Assembly: GCA_043812495.1 (NCBI GenBank)
Contig: JBDRMG010000016.1
Location: 2,137-66,136, forward strand
Origin: Candidatus Omnitrophota bacterium
Lineage (GTDB): Bacteria; Omnitrophota; Gorgyraeia; Zapsychrales; JBDRMG01
Length of the DNA: 64,000 nt
Direction: 5' to 3'
A program made the position numbers and the translations under genes. Shown piece by piece: positions 48,647 through 59,543 of this stretch (the stretch's first letter is position 1; every line of letters begins with the position of its first letter). The notes below the pieces were generated by a model. It did no database searches, was not told where the DNA came from, and was given only the letters and a program-made list of their open reading frames with translations.

Positions 48647-49685
48647 TGTGTCCTTGCGTAATTTGTATTTTTATCTTCAAACATAAAAAGTCACAGGCAT
48701 GGATCAGCTGATCCAAGTAAGGTTCAATTTTAACCACATCTTTTTCTGTCGTGACCAAGGTATCGATCTTATTTTGCTTGCAGAAATGGATGATGCCCTC
48801 GATATCCTCTTTGGAATAAATATGATGATCAAGAAAAGCAAAATTCATCTTTAAGTGAGCACCACAATTGACCAAAGTCCTTGCGAATGATTCGGGATCA
48901 CCGATACTGCAAAACGAACAGACGGTTTTTTCTTTTAAAAAAGATACTTCTTTGTCGAATTCTTTCTCTTTAAGATCAATGAGCCCGCCGGCTTGATACT
49001 GAGCCTCGACGATTAAACTATCAGGGCAAATACGCAATAATTTTTCTTTGATGTCTTTGACATTGTCCTTTCCCAAGTCAGACTTCGTGATAACAAACAT
49101 CTGGGCTCTTTGTAAATGCGAAACAGGCTCTCTCAAAATGCCGCGGGGAATCAAATAGCCGTTTCCGAAGGGCTTGGTGGCATTAATGGCAACGATATTC
49201 AAATCTCTTCGAAGGCGCCAATGCTGATATCCGTCATCCAGAATAAAAACATCCACAGGTCCCTGCCTTAAGGCCGAAAGAGCCATTTGGAACCGATTGG
49301 CCCCGACCATCACAGGAACATCATTCAAGGTTTCCTGCAGAACCACAGCCTCGTCGCTGATGGATTCGTTCTTCTTCAAACCATGGGCTTTGTTAACCAT
49401 ATAGCCTCTTGTGAGAACGGCCGGCTTAAAACCTTTTTCCTTCAAATATTCACAGATACAAATGACCAAAGGCGTCTTTCCCGTCCCGCCCCATGTAATA
49501 TTCCCGACAGAAATCACAGGTTTAGAAAGAGCTTGCACGCACAGCAGCTTAATCTTGTATCCAAAGAGGATGATTTTCACAAAAAGTCCGTAAGTCAAAG
49601 ATAATAAAAGAAGAATCGGCTTAAGGCATTTAGCGGCAAGGGTATTGATCTGATCTGTGGCACATTGATATAAGTAGATTCGCAT
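48606..49685 (-). CDS. lpxK: Tetraacyldisaccharide 4'-kinase
   Basis: N-terminal TM helix, then VISVGNITWGGTGKTP and LTRGY motifs. Confidence 0.9.
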   Translation of the reverse strand: MRIYLYQCATDQINTLAAKCLKPILLLLSLTYGLFVKIILFGYKIKLLCVQALSKPVISVGNITWGGTGKTPLVICICEYLKEKGFKPAVLTRGYMVNKAHGLKKNESISDEAVVLQETLNDVPVMVGANRFQMALSALRQGPVDVFILDDGYQHWRLRRDLNIVAINATKPFGNGYLIPRGILREPVSHLQRAQMFVITKSDLGKDNVKDIKEKLLRICPDSLIVEAQYQAGGLIDLKEKEFDKEVSFLKEKTVCSFCSIGDPESFARTLVNCGAHLKMNFAFLDHHIYSKEDIEGIIHFCKQNKIDTLVTTEKDVVKIEPYLDQLIHACDFLCLKIKIQITQGHNEFFNRISDLLHR

Positions 49686-49686
49686 T

Positions 49687-50952
49687 CTAGGCTTTCTTGA
49701 GAAACTTTGAGATTATGTTGATTGTTTTCTGCGTGGCGCCGGCATTGGCTTCGACAACCTGTTTGGCCAACCGGCCGATTGTCTTCATTTCTTCGGGATT
49801 TCTCAAAAGCTCGCGCAATTTGAATAAAAGTTCTTGTTGATCGTTGACCTGCATGATGGCTTCATTGCTCATAAAAATTTCAACGATATCACGAAAGTTT
49901 TCCATGAACGGCCCGATTAAAATCGGTTTGGCAAAACAAGCCGGTTCAATAATATTGTGCCCTCCGCCTACGGTCAGGCTTTTGCCCACAAAGACCAATG
50001 TCGCCATCGCGTAAATAGATTTCAAGTGCCCCAAGGTATCCACCACAATCACATGGCCTTGCTCAAACTTTTTGTTTTCGATGTCTGAAAATCGGATGGG
50101 GTCAAATCCTTCCTGCGCGACGATCTTGAGGATTTCCTCTGTTCTTTCCACATGACGCGGGGCGATCACAAGCCTAAGGTTCGGAAAATCATTGAGAAGA
50201 GATTTAAACACCTTTAAAAGGATTTCCTCTTCGCCCGAATGCGTGCTTCCGGCAACCAAAAGCTGCGTGTCTTTTTCTGTCTCAAAACATTTCTGGCGAT
50301 ATTCCCCTTCACCGGGTAAATCGTCAAACTTGATATTACCAACGACATTCGCTTTTCTGGAGTCGGCACCAAGCTCAATAACTCTTTCATGATCCGTTTC
50401 GCTTTGCATGCAAAAGGCGCTGATGCGGTTAATTTCTTTCTTGAAAAAGAAATGTATTTTCTTATACCCTTGAAATGATTTATCCGAAATTCGGCCATTC
50501 ACTTGAACAATCGGAATGTTTCGCTTATTTAGGCTTGTTAATAAATTCGGCCAGAGTTCGGTTTCTGCCACAATATAAATCTTTGGATTGATGAGATTCA
50601 GGACTTTTCGAACCACAAAACTGAAATCCAAAGGCGCGAAAATAACAACATCGGCAGCGCCTTTATCTTTTGTGGCCATGGCGTATCCGGTTTTGGTGAC
50701 GGTCGAAAGAACAATTTGATGCCGGGGAAAGGCCTTTTTAATATTTTGAATCAATTGTTTGACCGATAGAACCTCGCCCACGCTCACCGCGTGAATCCAT
50801 ATGTTTTCTTTGCTTTTGAGCGCTTCTTTGATTTCCCCGGGCAAGCACCCAAACCGCATCAAAAACTTCTCATGCCATTTTTTTTGAATGCATAAATAAG
50901 GCATATAAAATAACATTGACAGTAAATATAATAAATCGTAAATGATCCACAT
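49687..50952 (-). CDS. waaA: 3-deoxy-D-manno-octulosonic acid (Kdo) transferase
   Basis: IWIHAVSVGE N-terminal motif, full KdtA length of 421 aa. Confidence 0.9.
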   Translation of the reverse strand: MWIIYDLLYLLSMLFYMPYLCIQKKWHEKFLMRFGCLPGEIKEALKSKENIWIHAVSVGEVLSVKQLIQNIKKAFPRHQIVLSTVTKTGYAMATKDKGAADVVIFAPLDFSFVVRKVLNLINPKIYIVAETELWPNLLTSLNKRNIPIVQVNGRISDKSFQGYKKIHFFFKKEINRISAFCMQSETDHERVIELGADSRKANVVGNIKFDDLPGEGEYRQKCFETEKDTQLLVAGSTHSGEEEILLKVFKSLLNDFPNLRLVIAPRHVERTEEILKIVAQEGFDPIRFSDIENKKFEQGHVIVVDTLGHLKSIYAMATLVFVGKSLTVGGGHNIIEPACFAKPILIGPFMENFRDIVEIFMSNEAIMQVNDQQELLFKLRELLRNPEEMKTIGRLAKQVVEANAGATQKTINIISKFLKKA

Positions 50953-50959
50953 GCTTTAA

Positions 50960-51820
50960 TTATGCCCTTGGATGCGCTTTATCGTAAACACTCTTTAATT
51001 TTTCTGTTGTTAAATGCGTATAAATCTGCGTTGTCGACAAATTCACGTGGCCTAACAATTCCTGGACGCTGCGTAAGTCCGCCCCGCGGTTTAAGAGATG
51101 CGTGGCAAAGGAATGACGCATGGTGTGCGGGGAAATGCCGCTGCGCATACTTAAGGCTTTAATATATTTAGCTATAATCAACCGCACCCCGCGGTCCGTT
51201 AATCGTGTCCCGTTTTTATTCAAGAAAAGGGCCTTGGATTGCTTTTCGCGAGTGTTGAGATAATCTCTGATAGCGGAAAGCGCCATTTCGCCAATCGGCA
51301 CGATTCTTTCCTTACGGCCCTTACCCATGACTTTAACGATATTGCTGATTAAATCGACGCTATCGGTATCCATGGCCACAAGTTCGCTAACGCGGATACC
51401 TGTGCTGTAAAGCGTTTCGAGAATAGCCCGGTCGCGCTTATCCAACGATTTAATTTTCAAAGGAGACTCGATGAGTTTATTGGCCTCCTCTTCACTCAAA
51501 AATTCCGGAAGTTTCTTGTCCAATTTTGGGGTCATTAAAAGCAACGTGGGATTATTTTTGATGAGCCCTTCGCGATGCAGAAATTTAAAGCAGCTGCGCA
51601 AGGCCGAAAGCTTGCGCGCGAGGGTGCGGGGTCTGTGTTGTTTGGTTTTGATCACGGCTAAGTACCGGCGGCAGGTCAAATAATCAACGTTTTCAACGCT
51701 CTGGTCTTTGATAAACGCAAAAAATTCCTCAAGATCAAGTTTATAGTTCAAGATAGTGTGCGGAGAATAATTTTTCTCGATCTCTAGATAAGACAGGAAT
51801 TTTTCGACATAGCGGTTCAT
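50960..51820 (-). CDS. xerC: Tyrosine recombinase XerC/XerD family
   Basis: RHSFATHLL and LGHVNLSTTQIYTH catalytic motifs, 286 aa, in a housekeeping context beside topA/dprA. Confidence 0.85.
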   Translation of the reverse strand: MNRYVEKFLSYLEIEKNYSPHTILNYKLDLEEFFAFIKDQSVENVDYLTCRRYLAVIKTKQHRPRTLARKLSALRSCFKFLHREGLIKNNPTLLLMTPKLDKKLPEFLSEEEANKLIESPLKIKSLDKRDRAILETLYSTGIRVSELVAMDTDSVDLISNIVKVMGKGRKERIVPIGEMALSAIRDYLNTREKQSKALFLNKNGTRLTDRGVRLIIAKYIKALSMRSGISPHTMRHSFATHLLNRGADLRSVQELLGHVNLSTTQIYTHLTTEKLKSVYDKAHPRA

Positions 51821-53790
51821 GAGGTCTTCTGTTCGTCACTGGGCTGAGGCAATTTGTTGGCGATAAATCGGCATTCGGGATATTTGCTGCAACCATAAAA
51901 CATCTGACCCCGGCGGGAACGCCGCTCGACAAGCTCTCCGCCACAATTGTCCTGGGGACATTTGACGCCTGTTAAATACGATTCAGAATGTTTGCATTTG
52001 GGAAAATCGGAACAACTCAAAAAGCGGCCGTTACGGCCCCATTTGACGGTGAGTTTTTTCCCGCACACGGGGCATTCCTTGTCGATCAAGGTACGTGTCT
52101 TTTCGATATTGTCCACGGCATAATCCAATTCTTCCTTAAACGGCGCATAAAATTCCTTGAGAAGCTCGTGATATTTCATCTTGCCTTCTTCCACCAAATC
52201 CAGGTCCTCTTCCATGGTGGCGGTAAAGCCGATATCCATAATTTTGGGGAAATATTCGACCAGCAAATCGCAAATCAAAATCCCGAGGTCTGTCACACGA
52301 AAATATCCCCGCTCGCGGTGCGCATAGTTTCTTGTGACAAGCGTATAAATAATCGAGGCATATGTGCTGGGACGGCCAATGCCGTCTTCCTCAAGCGCGC
52401 GTACCAAAGTGGCCTCGGAATATCTGGCCGGAGGTTTGGTGAAATGCTGCGAAGGGCTTACATTCAACAAAGCCAGGGAATCATCCTGCGCATAATGAAA
52501 AAAATCTACTTCGGCCTTTTCTTCTTCGGCATCGCGGTACACGGCCAAATAGCCGTCGAATTTTACAGTGGACCCTGATGCGCCGAATTGGAATTTGCCG
52601 GCTGTGATTTCAATTTTTCGGCTGTCAAAAATAGCCGGCATCATCTGGCAGGCCACAAAACGGTTCCAGATCAATTCATAGAGCTTGAGCTGATCCTCAG
52701 ACAAATATTTCTTCAAATCCGAAGGTTTGAACGTCACATTGCTGGGCCGAATCGCTTCGTGCGCTTCTTGGGCTGACTTTCGGGACTTGTAGACATTTGG
52801 CGCTTCGGGTAAATAGGAATCACCGTATGATTCTTTGATGAATGTTCTGACGCGTTCAATCGCCTCTTTGGCGATATTCACCGAATCGGTACGCATATAG
52901 GTGATCAAACCCGCGGATTCCTCTCCGATCTCAACGCCTTCGTACAATTGCTGGGCGATCATCATGGTTTTATTGGCGTTGAATCTTAATTTATTGAACG
53001 CCTCCTGCTGAAGCGTGCTTGTGATAAAGGGAGGCGCAGGATTTCTCCTGATATCCCTTTGCGTGATATTGGACACTATGAATTTTTCTTTTTTGATTTG
53101 ATCAACAAGATCTTGGGATTCTCCTTCATTTTTAATTTCAAAGGCTTCACCGTTGATCTTTTCCAAGAAGGCCTTGAGGATTTCGTCATAGCTTTCTTTC
53201 TTGAGATCCACCGTGATTTGCCAGTATTCCTTAGGTATGAATTTTTCGATTTCCCGTTCTCGCTCGACCAAAATGCGTAGCGCCACCGATTGAACCCGGC
53301 CCGCGCTCAGGCCCGCTCCGACTTTTTTCCATAACAGGGGACTCAATTGATAACCTACAACTCGGTCCAAAATGCGGCGCGCGATCTGCGAATCTACTTT
53401 GTTTTGATCAAATTCGAAAGGATGCTCAAAGGCCTTGAGGACCGCTTCTTTGGTGATTTCATGAAAGGTCACCCGAAAAACTTTCTTTCCTTCGCCGATC
53501 TGATTGACAATATGCCAGCCGATCGCTTCGCCTTCGCGGTCAGGGTCGGTGGCGATATAAATTTCTTTTTTCTTCTCGGCTTCTTTTTTAAGGCCTTTTA
53601 AGATCTTTTGTTTTTTGCGCACAATAATAAATTTCGGCTCAAAATTGTTTTCGATATCGACGCCAAAGGTGGACACAGGCAAATCAATCAAATGCCCCAT
53701 GGAGGAGACAACCTTGAATTTCTTGCCTAGAATCTTGTTGATAGTTTTTGTCTTAGCCGGAGATTCAACGATCACAAGTGCGTTTGCCAT
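51817..53790 (-). CDS. topA: DNA topoisomerase I
   Basis: TOPRIM N-terminus LVIVESPAKTKTI, catalytic Tyr region and C-terminal Cys4 zinc ribbons, 657 aa. Confidence 0.92.
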   Translation of the reverse strand: MANALVIVESPAKTKTINKILGKKFKVVSSMGHLIDLPVSTFGVDIENNFEPKFIIVRKKQKILKGLKKEAEKKKEIYIATDPDREGEAIGWHIVNQIGEGKKVFRVTFHEITKEAVLKAFEHPFEFDQNKVDSQIARRILDRVVGYQLSPLLWKKVGAGLSAGRVQSVALRILVEREREIEKFIPKEYWQITVDLKKESYDEILKAFLEKINGEAFEIKNEGESQDLVDQIKKEKFIVSNITQRDIRRNPAPPFITSTLQQEAFNKLRFNANKTMMIAQQLYEGVEIGEESAGLITYMRTDSVNIAKEAIERVRTFIKESYGDSYLPEAPNVYKSRKSAQEAHEAIRPSNVTFKPSDLKKYLSEDQLKLYELIWNRFVACQMMPAIFDSRKIEITAGKFQFGASGSTVKFDGYLAVYRDAEEEKAEVDFFHYAQDDSLALLNVSPSQHFTKPPARYSEATLVRALEEDGIGRPSTYASIIYTLVTRNYAHRERGYFRVTDLGILICDLLVEYFPKIMDIGFTATMEEDLDLVEEGKMKYHELLKEFYAPFKEELDYAVDNIEKTRTLIDKECPVCGKKLTVKWGRNGRFLSCSDFPKCKHSESYLTGVKCPQDNCGGELVERRSRRGQMFYGCSKYPECRFIANKLPQPSDEQKTS

Positions 53791-53791
53791 A

Positions 53792-54907
53792 TCAAATCCT
53801 CACGAATAATTTTCCCGGTAATTGTTTGATAAGATGTTTGAGTTCCAATTGAAGCACAACGGCCATGGTGCGCGCGATAGAAAACCGGCACTGATCGGCT
53901 AATTCGTTAATCTGGATCGCCCGGCTGTTAATACATGAAAAAACCTGTTTTTCGTCATCCGAAAGCTTTGCCTCTTGATGGGAGGCCCCGGATGAATCAC
54001 TTGGCTTTTTCTTCTGTGAAAGAAAATCTTTGAACTGGGGTTTCAATTCTTCAATGATGTCATCCACACTAGCAACAAGCTTGGCGCCTTGTTTGATGAG
54101 GCTGTGGACTCCGCGAGAATTGGGAGAATCAATCTTCCCGGGCACTGCAAAGACCTCTTTGCCCTGCTCCAGGGCAAAATCGCTTGTGATCAAAGCCCCG
54201 CTTTTTTGGGATGCCTCGACCACAACGACACCCATCGAAAGACCGCTGATGATTCTGTTTCGTCTTGGAAAATTGCAGGCCAGCGGTTTCTCATCCATGG
54301 GAAATTCCGATAGAACAGCTCCGTCTTTTTGGGCGATTTCATCCATTAATTTCTTATTTTCCGGTGGATAGGCGCGTGATAATCCGCAACCTAATACCGC
54401 AACGGTTGAGCCTCTGACGCAAAGCGCTCCCCGGTGCGCGGCTGTATCGATGCCACGCGCCATCCCAGAAACGATGGTGATCCCTAATTCGCTAAGTTCC
54501 ATGGCAAGCTTTTGCGCCATGGATGTTCCGTACACTGAGGCCCTGCGTGAGCCCACAATAGCCAGGGCAAGTTCAAAACATTCTTTTAAAATTCCTCTAA
54601 CGTAAAGCAGGATCGGCGCGTCATAAAGATTTAACAGTTGTTGTGGGTAATTTTTGTCTTTGAAACTAATCACATTGACCTTATGCTTTTGAATCAAAGA
54701 ATATTCCATTTTTAAAAATTCTTCGCGAGGAAAACTCCTCAGATTCTCTGCGACAGCTTGAGGAAGAATATTTTTCGAAATTAAGTCTTTAAAGTCAGCG
54801 CTAAAAACATTTTTGGCGCAACAAAAATAATCCAAAAGCTTGCGGATACGCACCGGACCAAGTCCGTTAATGGCGTTTAAAGAAAGAAGGCAGTCGAGTT
54901 CGGTCAT
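53792..54907 (-). CDS. dprA: DNA processing protein A (Smf)
   Basis: SAM-like N-terminus and a Rossmann core (AIVGSRRAS, GMARGID), in the usual dprA-topA arrangement. Confidence 0.88.
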   Translation of the reverse strand: MTELDCLLSLNAINGLGPVRIRKLLDYFCCAKNVFSADFKDLISKNILPQAVAENLRSFPREEFLKMEYSLIQKHKVNVISFKDKNYPQQLLNLYDAPILLYVRGILKECFELALAIVGSRRASVYGTSMAQKLAMELSELGITIVSGMARGIDTAAHRGALCVRGSTVAVLGCGLSRAYPPENKKLMDEIAQKDGAVLSEFPMDEKPLACNFPRRNRIISGLSMGVVVVEASQKSGALITSDFALEQGKEVFAVPGKIDSPNSRGVHSLIKQGAKLVASVDDIIEELKPQFKDFLSQKKKPSDSSGASHQEAKLSDDEKQVFSCINSRAIQINELADQCRFSIARTMAVVLQLELKHLIKQLPGKLFVRI

Positions 54908-55410
54908 TTAGATACAATTTCTATGATTTCGTCAACGATTTGCTGAATGGATTTATTGTCGGTTGCGACCGTATGGTCTGCTTTCGCGTAACCGGCTTTT
55001 CTTTTTTCCAACAATTCGATAATCTTGGCCTTGGGATCATCCACATTGAGCAAAGGTCGGTGTTTCTGATGTTTGACCCGCTCGATAATCGTTTCCGGTG
55101 TAGCGGATAAGAAAACGATGAGGCCATTGTTTTTCAAGCAATCCATGTTGTCTTGATCGAGGACAACCCCGCCGCCGCAGTCGATGACTAAACCATTTTG
55201 CAAAGCTATCTTTTGGATTATTTCTTTCTCGACTTTACGGAAATAGGCTTCGCCGGAATCGCGAAAAATATCGACAATTTGTCTTTTTTCTTTGGCTTCA
55301 ATACGCTCATCCGTTGACACAGGCTGGCGTTTGAGAACCTTGGCTAATTTCTTAGCCACAGTTGTTTTTCCTGAGCCCATGAATCCGACCAAAGCAATAT
55401 TACGGTTCAT
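54904..55410 (-). CDS. aroK: Shikimate kinase
   Basis: IALVGFMGSGKTTV P-loop, 168 aa. Confidence 0.88.
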   Translation of the reverse strand: MNRNIALVGFMGSGKTTVAKKLAKVLKRQPVSTDERIEAKEKRQIVDIFRDSGEAYFRKVEKEIIQKIALQNGLVIDCGGGVVLDQDNMDCLKNNGLIVFLSATPETIIERVKHQKHRPLLNVDDPKAKIIELLEKRKAGYAKADHTVATDNKSIQQIVDEIIEIVSK

Positions 55411-55589
55411 TCTTAATTTCTAACCTCTTATTTTTCATAAAGTTACTAATGAAAGGAAACGTGCTCACTAATCGCAGATTGTAACACATAGTTTTTTGAG
55501 TGTCAAACCCTACCGATTTTGGATTCCTACTATAACTAATGTAAATATTAATAAATAAAAGATTAACTAAAATATTTTGGAGGGGTAAA

Positions 55590-56384
55590 TCAATAGAGTC
55601 CGTAGCCGCTTAAAACCCACACGATGATTTCCTGGGACCAAAAAAGACTGATGATTGCCCCAAGGGCAAGAAACGGACCATAAGGAATGAGGCTTTCTTT
55701 GGTGCGGATTTTGACAATGATGCCCGCCACGGCACCGAATAAAGGAGCAATGAAAAAGGCCAGTATGGCTGACGGCCAGCCCAAAAAGGCACCGATCATG
55801 GCCAGGAGCTTGACATCTCCTCCCCCCATGGATTCTTTTTTAAAAATAAAATCACCTAAAAGACCCATGGCGTAAATGGATCCACCGCCGATGAGGATGC
55901 CCAAGCAAGATCTTTTGGCGGCCAAAAGGACGGATGATGTCTGCTGCAGATCTGGAATCGCAAGGCTTAAGAGAAATCCGACGACAATACCACCCACGCT
56001 GATTTCATCAGGAATGATGCGATACTTGATGTCAACGAATGTGGCGATGATCAATCCGCATACAAAAATCAAATAGGGAATCAAGACCGGGTGCAAGCCA
56101 TAGGTATTGTAAAAAACAATAAAGAAACATGCCGTCAATAGCTCTACGAGAAAATAACGAATCGATATTTTCTCTTTACAAAACCGGCAGCGACCCCGCA
56201 ACAACCAGTAGCTTAAAAGCGGAATATTGTCAAACCACAAAATATTTTTTTTGCAGTGGACACAATGGGAGGACGGCCAGATCACGGATTTTTCTTCGGG
56301 CATCCGGACAATGCACACATTGAGGAAACTGCCCACGGCCGCTCCAATCGCAAAAATGAAAACTTTGATGACGCTATCGATCAT
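55590..56384 (-). CDS. pilD: Prepilin peptidase (A24 family type IV leader peptidase/N-methyltransferase)
   Basis: N-terminal CxxC...CxxC zinc cluster (CVHCKKN...CRFCKE), polytopic membrane domain with conserved Asp residues, 264 aa. Confidence 0.85.
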   Translation of the reverse strand: MIDSVIKVFIFAIGAAVGSFLNVCIVRMPEEKSVIWPSSHCVHCKKNILWFDNIPLLSYWLLRGRCRFCKEKISIRYFLVELLTACFFIVFYNTYGLHPVLIPYLIFVCGLIIATFVDIKYRIIPDEISVGGIVVGFLLSLAIPDLQQTSSVLLAAKRSCLGILIGGGSIYAMGLLGDFIFKKESMGGGDVKLLAMIGAFLGWPSAILAFFIAPLFGAVAGIIVKIRTKESLIPYGPFLALGAIISLFWSQEIIVWVLSGYGLY

Positions 56385-57249
56385 CGCCTGCGGCCTCCCT
56401 AAGACTTCTTCTCATTTTATCCTTGATATCATCAGCCAATTCGATATCCGCCCAGTGCTGAAAAGCCAAAACCGCTTGATAAAAAAGCATGCCTAACCCA
56501 TTGGCTGTCCTGGCTCCTTGTGCCTTGGCCAGCTTTAAGAGTTTTGTCTCAAGGGGTTTGTAAATACAATCCACCACCAGCAACTTCGCATGAAGTGATT
56601 CTCCGTCGATGAGACAGGGATCTGTTTCTTTCATCCCGATGGGTGTCGCGTTGATCAAGAGATCGCTGATTTCAATATTCAGATCATTAATGTCGGAAAC
56701 GCTTTGCACAATACTGGCATCTAATTTTTGACCCAAATCGGCAATTAATTTTTCCGTCCTAACCGGATAAAGATCATAAATCTTGATAGAGTTTGGCTTT
56801 TGGGGAAGTACGCAAAATGCCGCAACAATCGCCCGCGAGGCTCCGCCGGCACCGAGAATAGCAACTCTCTTTTCTTTTGTGTCAAAACCAAGTTCGACCA
56901 GATGAGTCAAGAAGCCCGGGCCGTCGGTATTAAAACCTTTGAGCTGCCTTTTTTTTGTGATCACGATGGTATTGACGGCATTGGCTTTTTGCGCAAACGG
57001 ACTTAATGAGTCTAAGAAAGGAATAACTTTTTCCTTGTAAGGGACCGTGACATTAAGCCCAAAAATACAAGAAGATTTTTCCTTTAAACGCGTAAAGAAA
57101 TCACCAAGCTCATGTTCCTCTAAAGGAAAGAGTTCATAAACGGCGTCAACGTTAAGTTCCTTGAAAGCGATATTATGAATGACGGGGGAAAGGCTATGGA
57201 CGACGGGATTCCCGATGAGACCATAGGTTGTCTTTTTCTGCTGGGGCAT
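56374..57249 (-). CDS. aroE: Shikimate dehydrogenase (start at MPQQKK)
   Basis: GLIGNPVVHSLSPVIHN, a GAGGASRA NADP-binding loop. Confidence 0.88.
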   Translation of the reverse strand: MPQQKKTTYGLIGNPVVHSLSPVIHNIAFKELNVDAVYELFPLEEHELGDFFTRLKEKSSCIFGLNVTVPYKEKVIPFLDSLSPFAQKANAVNTIVITKKRQLKGFNTDGPGFLTHLVELGFDTKEKRVAILGAGGASRAIVAAFCVLPQKPNSIKIYDLYPVRTEKLIADLGQKLDASIVQSVSDINDLNIEISDLLINATPIGMKETDPCLIDGESLHAKLLVVDCIYKPLETKLLKLAKAQGARTANGLGMLFYQAVLAFQHWADIELADDIKDKMRRSLREAAGDDR

Positions 57250-57256
57250 AATAAGC

Positions 57257-58774
57257 TTACGTCTCGGCGGAAAGCACCTTATTGATGGCATTGACATACG
57301 CTTTGGCGGAAGCGACCAAAATGTCCGTGCTTGTGCCGTGCGTGATGACGCTCTTATTTTTTATTTTGACCTTGACCGTGACTTCGCCCAAAGCGTCTTT
57401 TCCGCGCGTGACGGATTGGATGGAATAATCCAAAAGCTCACCCTTGGTCTTAGTGATAGAGTCAATGGCTTTGTAACAGGCATCTACCGGGCCATCACCC
57501 GATGAGATTTTCTTATATTTTTTTCCTTTGGACTGCAAGACAACCGTCGCCTTCGGCGGAATATCGGTTCCGCTGGTTGTTGTCAAGCTCACCAAGGTCC
57601 AGATATTGCGGACCAATTTGATTTCATCCTCAGCGATCGCCACAAGGTCTTCGTCAAAAACCTCTTTTTTCTTATCCGCGACGCTCTTGAACCGTTCAAA
57701 AGCGCGGTCAACCGCTTCATCCTTGAGATCAATTCCCAGGGATTTCAATCTGACTTTGAAGGCATGGCGTCCCGAATGCTTTCCCAGGACAAGACCTACA
57801 CCCACAAAACCAACATCTTCGGGTTTCATGATTTCATAGGTCGTGCGTTCTTTGATCACGCCATCCTGATGAATACCGGATTCGTGACGAAAGGCATTGG
57901 CGCCCACAATGGCTTTGTTGGGCGCGACGACAAAACCGGCCAATTTGCTCACCAATCGAGACGTCTTGCAAATTTCCTGTGTATGAATATTCGTTGCACA
58001 ACCATACAAATCAGGGCGTGTTTTGACAGCCATGACGATTTCTTCCATGGACGCGTTGCCGGCGCGTTCTCCGATACCGTTTACGGTGCATTCGACCTGC
58101 CGGGCGCCGTTTTTGATGGCTGAAAGAGAATTCGCCACAGCCAAACCCAAATCATTATGGCAATGAACCGAAATAACCGCCTTATGGACATTCACAACAT
58201 TGTTCATGATGCCTGCAATCAACTGACCAAATTCTTCCGGCGTGCTGTATCCCACCGTATCCGGGATATTGATCGTTCGCGCGCCCGCTTCAATGGCGAC
58301 TTCAACGATCTTATAGAGAAAGTCTTTCTCGGTGCGCGACGCGTCTTCGGGTGAAAATTCAATATCTCCCATTTTGCTGTGCGCGTATCGAACGGCTTCC
58401 TCGGCCGCTTTCAAGATTTCTTCTTTACTTTTCTTCAGCTTAAACTGCCGATGGATTTTGGACGTAGCCAAGAAAACATGGATCCGGCCTTTTTTAGCGC
58501 TTTTCAGGGCTTCGTAGGCCGCGTCGATATCCTTTTTCATGGATCGCGCCAGACCGCAGACAATAGAATTTTTGACGGCTTTGGCCACGCGCTTGACAGA
58601 ATTAAAATCACCTTCGGAACTGATGGGAAAACCGGCTTCGATGATATCGACCCCCATGCGCTCCAGGGCGTAAGCAATCTCAAGTTTTTCGTTTTCGTTC
58701 ATGCTTGCGCCCGGTGCTTGCTCTCCGTCGCGCAAGGTTGTATCAAAAATCAAAACTTTACTTTTGTTGTCCAT
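57257..58774 (-). CDS. leuA: 2-isopropylmalate synthase (or citramalate synthase) with LeuA-type regulatory C-terminus
   Basis: LRDGEQ and HCHND(L)G motifs, 505 aa. Confidence 0.88.
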   Translation of the reverse strand: MDNKSKVLIFDTTLRDGEQAPGASMNENEKLEIAYALERMGVDIIEAGFPISSEGDFNSVKRVAKAVKNSIVCGLARSMKKDIDAAYEALKSAKKGRIHVFLATSKIHRQFKLKKSKEEILKAAEEAVRYAHSKMGDIEFSPEDASRTEKDFLYKIVEVAIEAGARTINIPDTVGYSTPEEFGQLIAGIMNNVVNVHKAVISVHCHNDLGLAVANSLSAIKNGARQVECTVNGIGERAGNASMEEIVMAVKTRPDLYGCATNIHTQEICKTSRLVSKLAGFVVAPNKAIVGANAFRHESGIHQDGVIKERTTYEIMKPEDVGFVGVGLVLGKHSGRHAFKVRLKSLGIDLKDEAVDRAFERFKSVADKKKEVFDEDLVAIAEDEIKLVRNIWTLVSLTTTSGTDIPPKATVVLQSKGKKYKKISSGDGPVDACYKAIDSITKTKGELLDYSIQSVTRGKDALGEVTVKVKIKNKSVITHGTSTDILVASAKAYVNAINKVLSAET

Positions 58775-58787
58775 CGCGTTTTCTCTG

Positions 58788-59405
58788 TTATTGGTTGTTT
58801 TGAAATACTTTTACCTTTTCCTTGGCTAGGCTAAGCGGCAAGATCGCTTCTCCGATTCCATAATCGTTGGCATGAGAATAAATTCGTATGTCGTTTAATT
58901 CTTCGACCGGAACATATCTTTTTTTAGTACCGATAAAGCGGATGTTCATGCCCTTGGTTTTAATTTCCATAGGCTCAATGCCGAAAAGCTGCGTGAAATC
59001 CTTCAATGTCTTTTTTGAGTATCCCCATTTGTGATTTCCGAAATGACCCAAATACACTTCAGAGCGCAGCATATTCTCTCCAAATAATGAGTCCACAAAG
59101 TTATCAAAATCAAGCTTAAAGTAGCTCAAGAGTATCTTGCGAAAATCAGGAACTTGCAGAGTGATTGTTCCGCCTATTCTTAAAACTCTCGCCCAATCCC
59201 CAAACACAATAAACCTCATGTATTTATCAAAATGTTCCAGAAGGTCTTCGGCCAAAATTTCGTCGACAGACTGATCGGCATAAGGCAAGGGTTTTGAAAT
59301 ATCGTGCGCGAGATCCGGCTGGCAATCTTTAACGGAATCAATATTCACCCAACCGGATAACTTGTTCGTTCCACAACCTAAATGCAGCTTTAAGGATTCA
59401 GACAT
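58788..59405 (-). CDS. Class I SAM-dependent methyltransferase (Methyltransf_11-like)
   Basis: Motif I LHLGCGTNKLSGWVNID, 205 aa. Confidence 0.7.
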   Translation of the reverse strand: MSESLKLHLGCGTNKLSGWVNIDSVKDCQPDLAHDISKPLPYADQSVDEILAEDLLEHFDKYMRFIVFGDWARVLRIGGTITLQVPDFRKILLSYFKLDFDNFVDSLFGENMLRSEVYLGHFGNHKWGYSKKTLKDFTQLFGIEPMEIKTKGMNIRFIGTKKRYVPVEELNDIRIYSHANDYGIGEAILPLSLAKEKVKVFQNNQ

Positions 59406-59450
59406 TCATTTGACCGTTTATTTAGTCTTCCTCCAAGGCATCATAAATGA

Positions 59451-59540
59451 CCCCGCCGCTTTTTGCTTTTTTCTATAACAAAAAGCAAAAGGCGGGGGAA
59501 TTTATCCCGAGCCCGCCTATGATTTGATGGCGGGCGAGGG
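59451..59540 (-). terminator. Two consecutive GC-stem/AT-loop hairpins downstream of ilvC
   Basis: CCCCGCCGCTTTTTGCTTTT/ttctataac/AAAAGCAAAAGGCGGGGG, then CCCGAGCCCGCC/tatgatttgat/GGCGGGCGAGGG. Confidence 0.55.
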
Positions 59541-59543
59541 ATT

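Noticed and set aside
50960-51820. Tyrosine recombinase as a marker of a prophage or integrative element
   Set aside because: Xer-type motifs, small size and an overlapping housekeeping context (waaA upstream, topA-dprA downstream) fit chromosomal XerC/XerD rather than a phage integrase. There is no adjacent tRNA or att-like repeats.
51988-52578. 196-aa plus-strand ORF
   Set aside because: It is antisense to topA, whose frame is fully supported by conserved motifs. It has no RBS and no recognisable domain.
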